Part shown: one piece after another, positions 61,506 through 64,000 of the stretch | Layout of the letters: each line of letters begins with the position of its first letter | Numbering within the stretch: position 1 is the first letter of the stretch | Source of the DNA: Atractiella rhizophila | Lineage: Eukaryota | Reading direction: 5' to 3' | NCBI GenBank assembly: GCA_021432655.1 | Contig: MU271260.1 | Coordinates: 1 to 64,000, forward strand | DNA length: 64,000 bases | Made by a program: the position numbers and the translations under genes | The notes under the pieces: generated by a model | What the model was told of the DNA's origin: nothing | What the model saw: the letters and a program-made list of their open reading frames with translations, nothing else | Databases searched by the model: none

Positions 61506-64000
61506 TCTTGCTGTAGGAGAACGGATCTCTCTATCCGATATGTCGATGCATGGCTCGGAATTATCTTGCGATCCCAGGCTCAAATGCAGCAGTTGAGCGT
61601 CTGTTTTCATGGGGAAAATAGATTGCCTCAGATGTACGTGCTTCCATGGAAGATCAAAGATTGGCGGAAATGATGATGACAAAAGCATGACTGGTGGAAG
61701 GTCTGAAGGTGCCGGAGGTCTGGTGAATCCGGATATAGATACCTTTGTTTATTTTCAATTATTTCTACCCCTTTTAATTGTTTGCATAACTATACAGTTT
61801 CATCATTACTTATTGCAATGCTAAGTATAACGGACTGTCAGTTCTTTTAGCTCACAGTAATTTATCTTTTTGTTCTAAAGCAGTTCTTTATGCATTGCAT
61901 TTTGACTGTCTTGAATATCCGTTCAATCATGTAAAAATACTATGGAAACACCGTAAACTGTATTGCTGGGAGCCCTGCAATGAGCCTTTCGATACCACCC
62001 ACAATCATTCAATGGAGACCAAGGCATATCAATTCATCGGAACTATACTTCACCGTGCCCTCATTTCACCATTTTTTGATGTCTGACTTTCTCTTACCGA
62101 ACAGCTCGAACAACTGACGGAGGCAATGGTGCTTACGACTATCTCGCTTCCGAAGTGCCAAATCGAGATTTATTCCGTGGCAGATCCTCCACGACTTTCT
62201 TGCAACCACAACAGGTGCCTTGGTCTATGCTGCACGCTCACGTCGCCTGGATCAAACCCTTGAAGTCCTTCTTATCCAGCTTGGGACAGATCACCTCGAG
62301 CAACTCTTTGGAGTACTGTGTACAGTTGTCTATGGCAACTGCAGCTTTGACATGCTCCAAGCTGCCATCTCATCAGTTGCTGTCTTTGAGGTCTGTGATA
62401 TCCTCCCTAGATGCTACATCATTTGTGAGCAGCATCTATGCCATTGTCAAAGCATCCATATGTTGAGCTAGCCCTTTTGGTTTGATGCGAGGCAGAATTT
62501 ATTTTTGGGAAGGCTGGTTCGCTGTTCTTCTGACCAGTAGGGCTTTGCACCGTCCCGTCCATTGATTTTTGACTCTGAGACGGCAAATCCCTCAAGTCAA
62601 GTGTAGCTGCTGTGTGCTCAAGTTCATCGATGCGAGGTCCCGTGATGATCCCCTGGATCTGTTCAATTTCCCCAGGAACAGTTCCAGCTTCGAGAGCATT
62701 GATCCAACTCTCATAGACAGCACTTCCTCTAGCTGTTCTGGGCTGTCTCTTCTAGCCCCAAGATAGCTCACTCAGTCTGCCAAACAAAAATCAAGAGAGA
62801 CACCATCAGTCCAGTCTGCACTCGAAGACCTAAGCATGAGCTCATGACAAGAAGTTTCTTCTTGCACTTGTTGATGGCTGTGTTTTATGGATAATCCCTT
62901 TGTTCGAGACTGACTCCATGGGATCTCACCAGGCTATCAAATGCTTGGCAGGACCTCACTTAGTACCACTCTTCTCATGGAGGTGTATTGTGGTGTTCAA
63001 CAGGAGAATCTTAAGACGCTTCATGAGGCTGAGAATGTCGGACTGGGATTGGACAGGTGTGAGGATGAGGTCAAGAGGTCTTTCTATGCTCTCATGGCAT
63101 TTGTGCATGGAAAAGAACCTGTTCTTCGAAAGCCTCATGATCTAAATGAGGAGTGCCACACTGCTGACTTCCTTAAGAGCTGGATCTACAAGGTGGCAGA
63201 TTATATCGCTCTTCTCTCTCATACACTGCAACAAATGCTCTCATCCCATTATCAGAGTCATAACAGGCCTGGAGGCTGTGTAACTTGACAGGAGTCATAT
63301 CTCCGTTCTGATTCTTTCCTGCCTTGCCCTCTCCTTCAATGTAAGCTTCGGTGGTTGTGTAGTTAAATGCAATACTATTACATTTCATGTCACTCAATCT
63401 GTTCCTCCTTTACAAAATAAGCAAAATTGGCCAGAAAGCTGCAACGAGAGCGTGAGACCGGGCTATACTTTAAGGAGGCTACCTCATGCGATTATAGAAG
63501 AGGTTTATGTGGAAAGAAGGCTGGCGGTTCGGAATTGATCCTGAAATCAAACAAACAATTTAAATGGGACTCAGGTGACCATCCACAACTGAACTTCGGC
63601 ATGACTTTTGAGACCTGGCAGGCGGTTCCGGCTCCTCTTCACGCGCTCGCTTTCCGGAGGGGCGAGAGGAGGGATAGACGACCTCGCCTCTATATGCCGA
63701 ATCTCCTTGTTTCCTCCACGCGTCGCCACCCTTCGTCAATGCCCTTTGAAATTTCTTGCGCATGTATCCATGAGAAAGCATGCGACCTGTAGCCGGTTTC
63801 GTCTTGTCGCCTCTGAACACAAATACTTGTTCGGATTCAGAGTCTTCGTCGTCTGAAAAAATTCTTCCCGCCTCCATCTCCTCCTGGAACCGGACCAGAA
63901 ATTTCAAGGATTGAAACAAGGAAAGGCAAAGCTTTTTAAGATAAGGGCTGTTAATCTTGAGATTGCCCACGTCCAGGGCTTCCAGTCGATTGTCGATTGC

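Noticed and set aside
61980..63970. Protein-coding gene(s)
   Set aside because: Several unrelated-looking decayed fragments; none assignable.

Overview
Fungal genomic DNA, most likely a basidiomycete (inferred from 44-57 nt GT-AG introns, CpG decay in repeats and the gene families present). About two thirds of the window is a nested mosaic of decayed transposons: Tad-like LINEs, several Ty1/copia pieces and solo LTRs, a Ty3/gypsy RNase H fragment, an intron-containing Helitron RepHel, at least four hAT elements, a hAT-type MITE (2 copies) and a pogo fragment. The main non-transposon feature is a decaying cluster of three NLR-like (STAND NTPase + TPR) immune-receptor sequences at 5.4-13.4 kb. 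One has an N-terminal patatin domain and another is disrupted by a solo LTR whose empty site survives in an inverted paralog. Host genes on the right: a 4-TM MARVEL-like protein, a fungal transcription factor remnant, an F-box-like protein and a DUF1752+DUF3295 protein. No rRNA, tRNA or CRISPR array was seen. Domain calls are motif recognition by eye, not database searches, and I found no confirmed new system.
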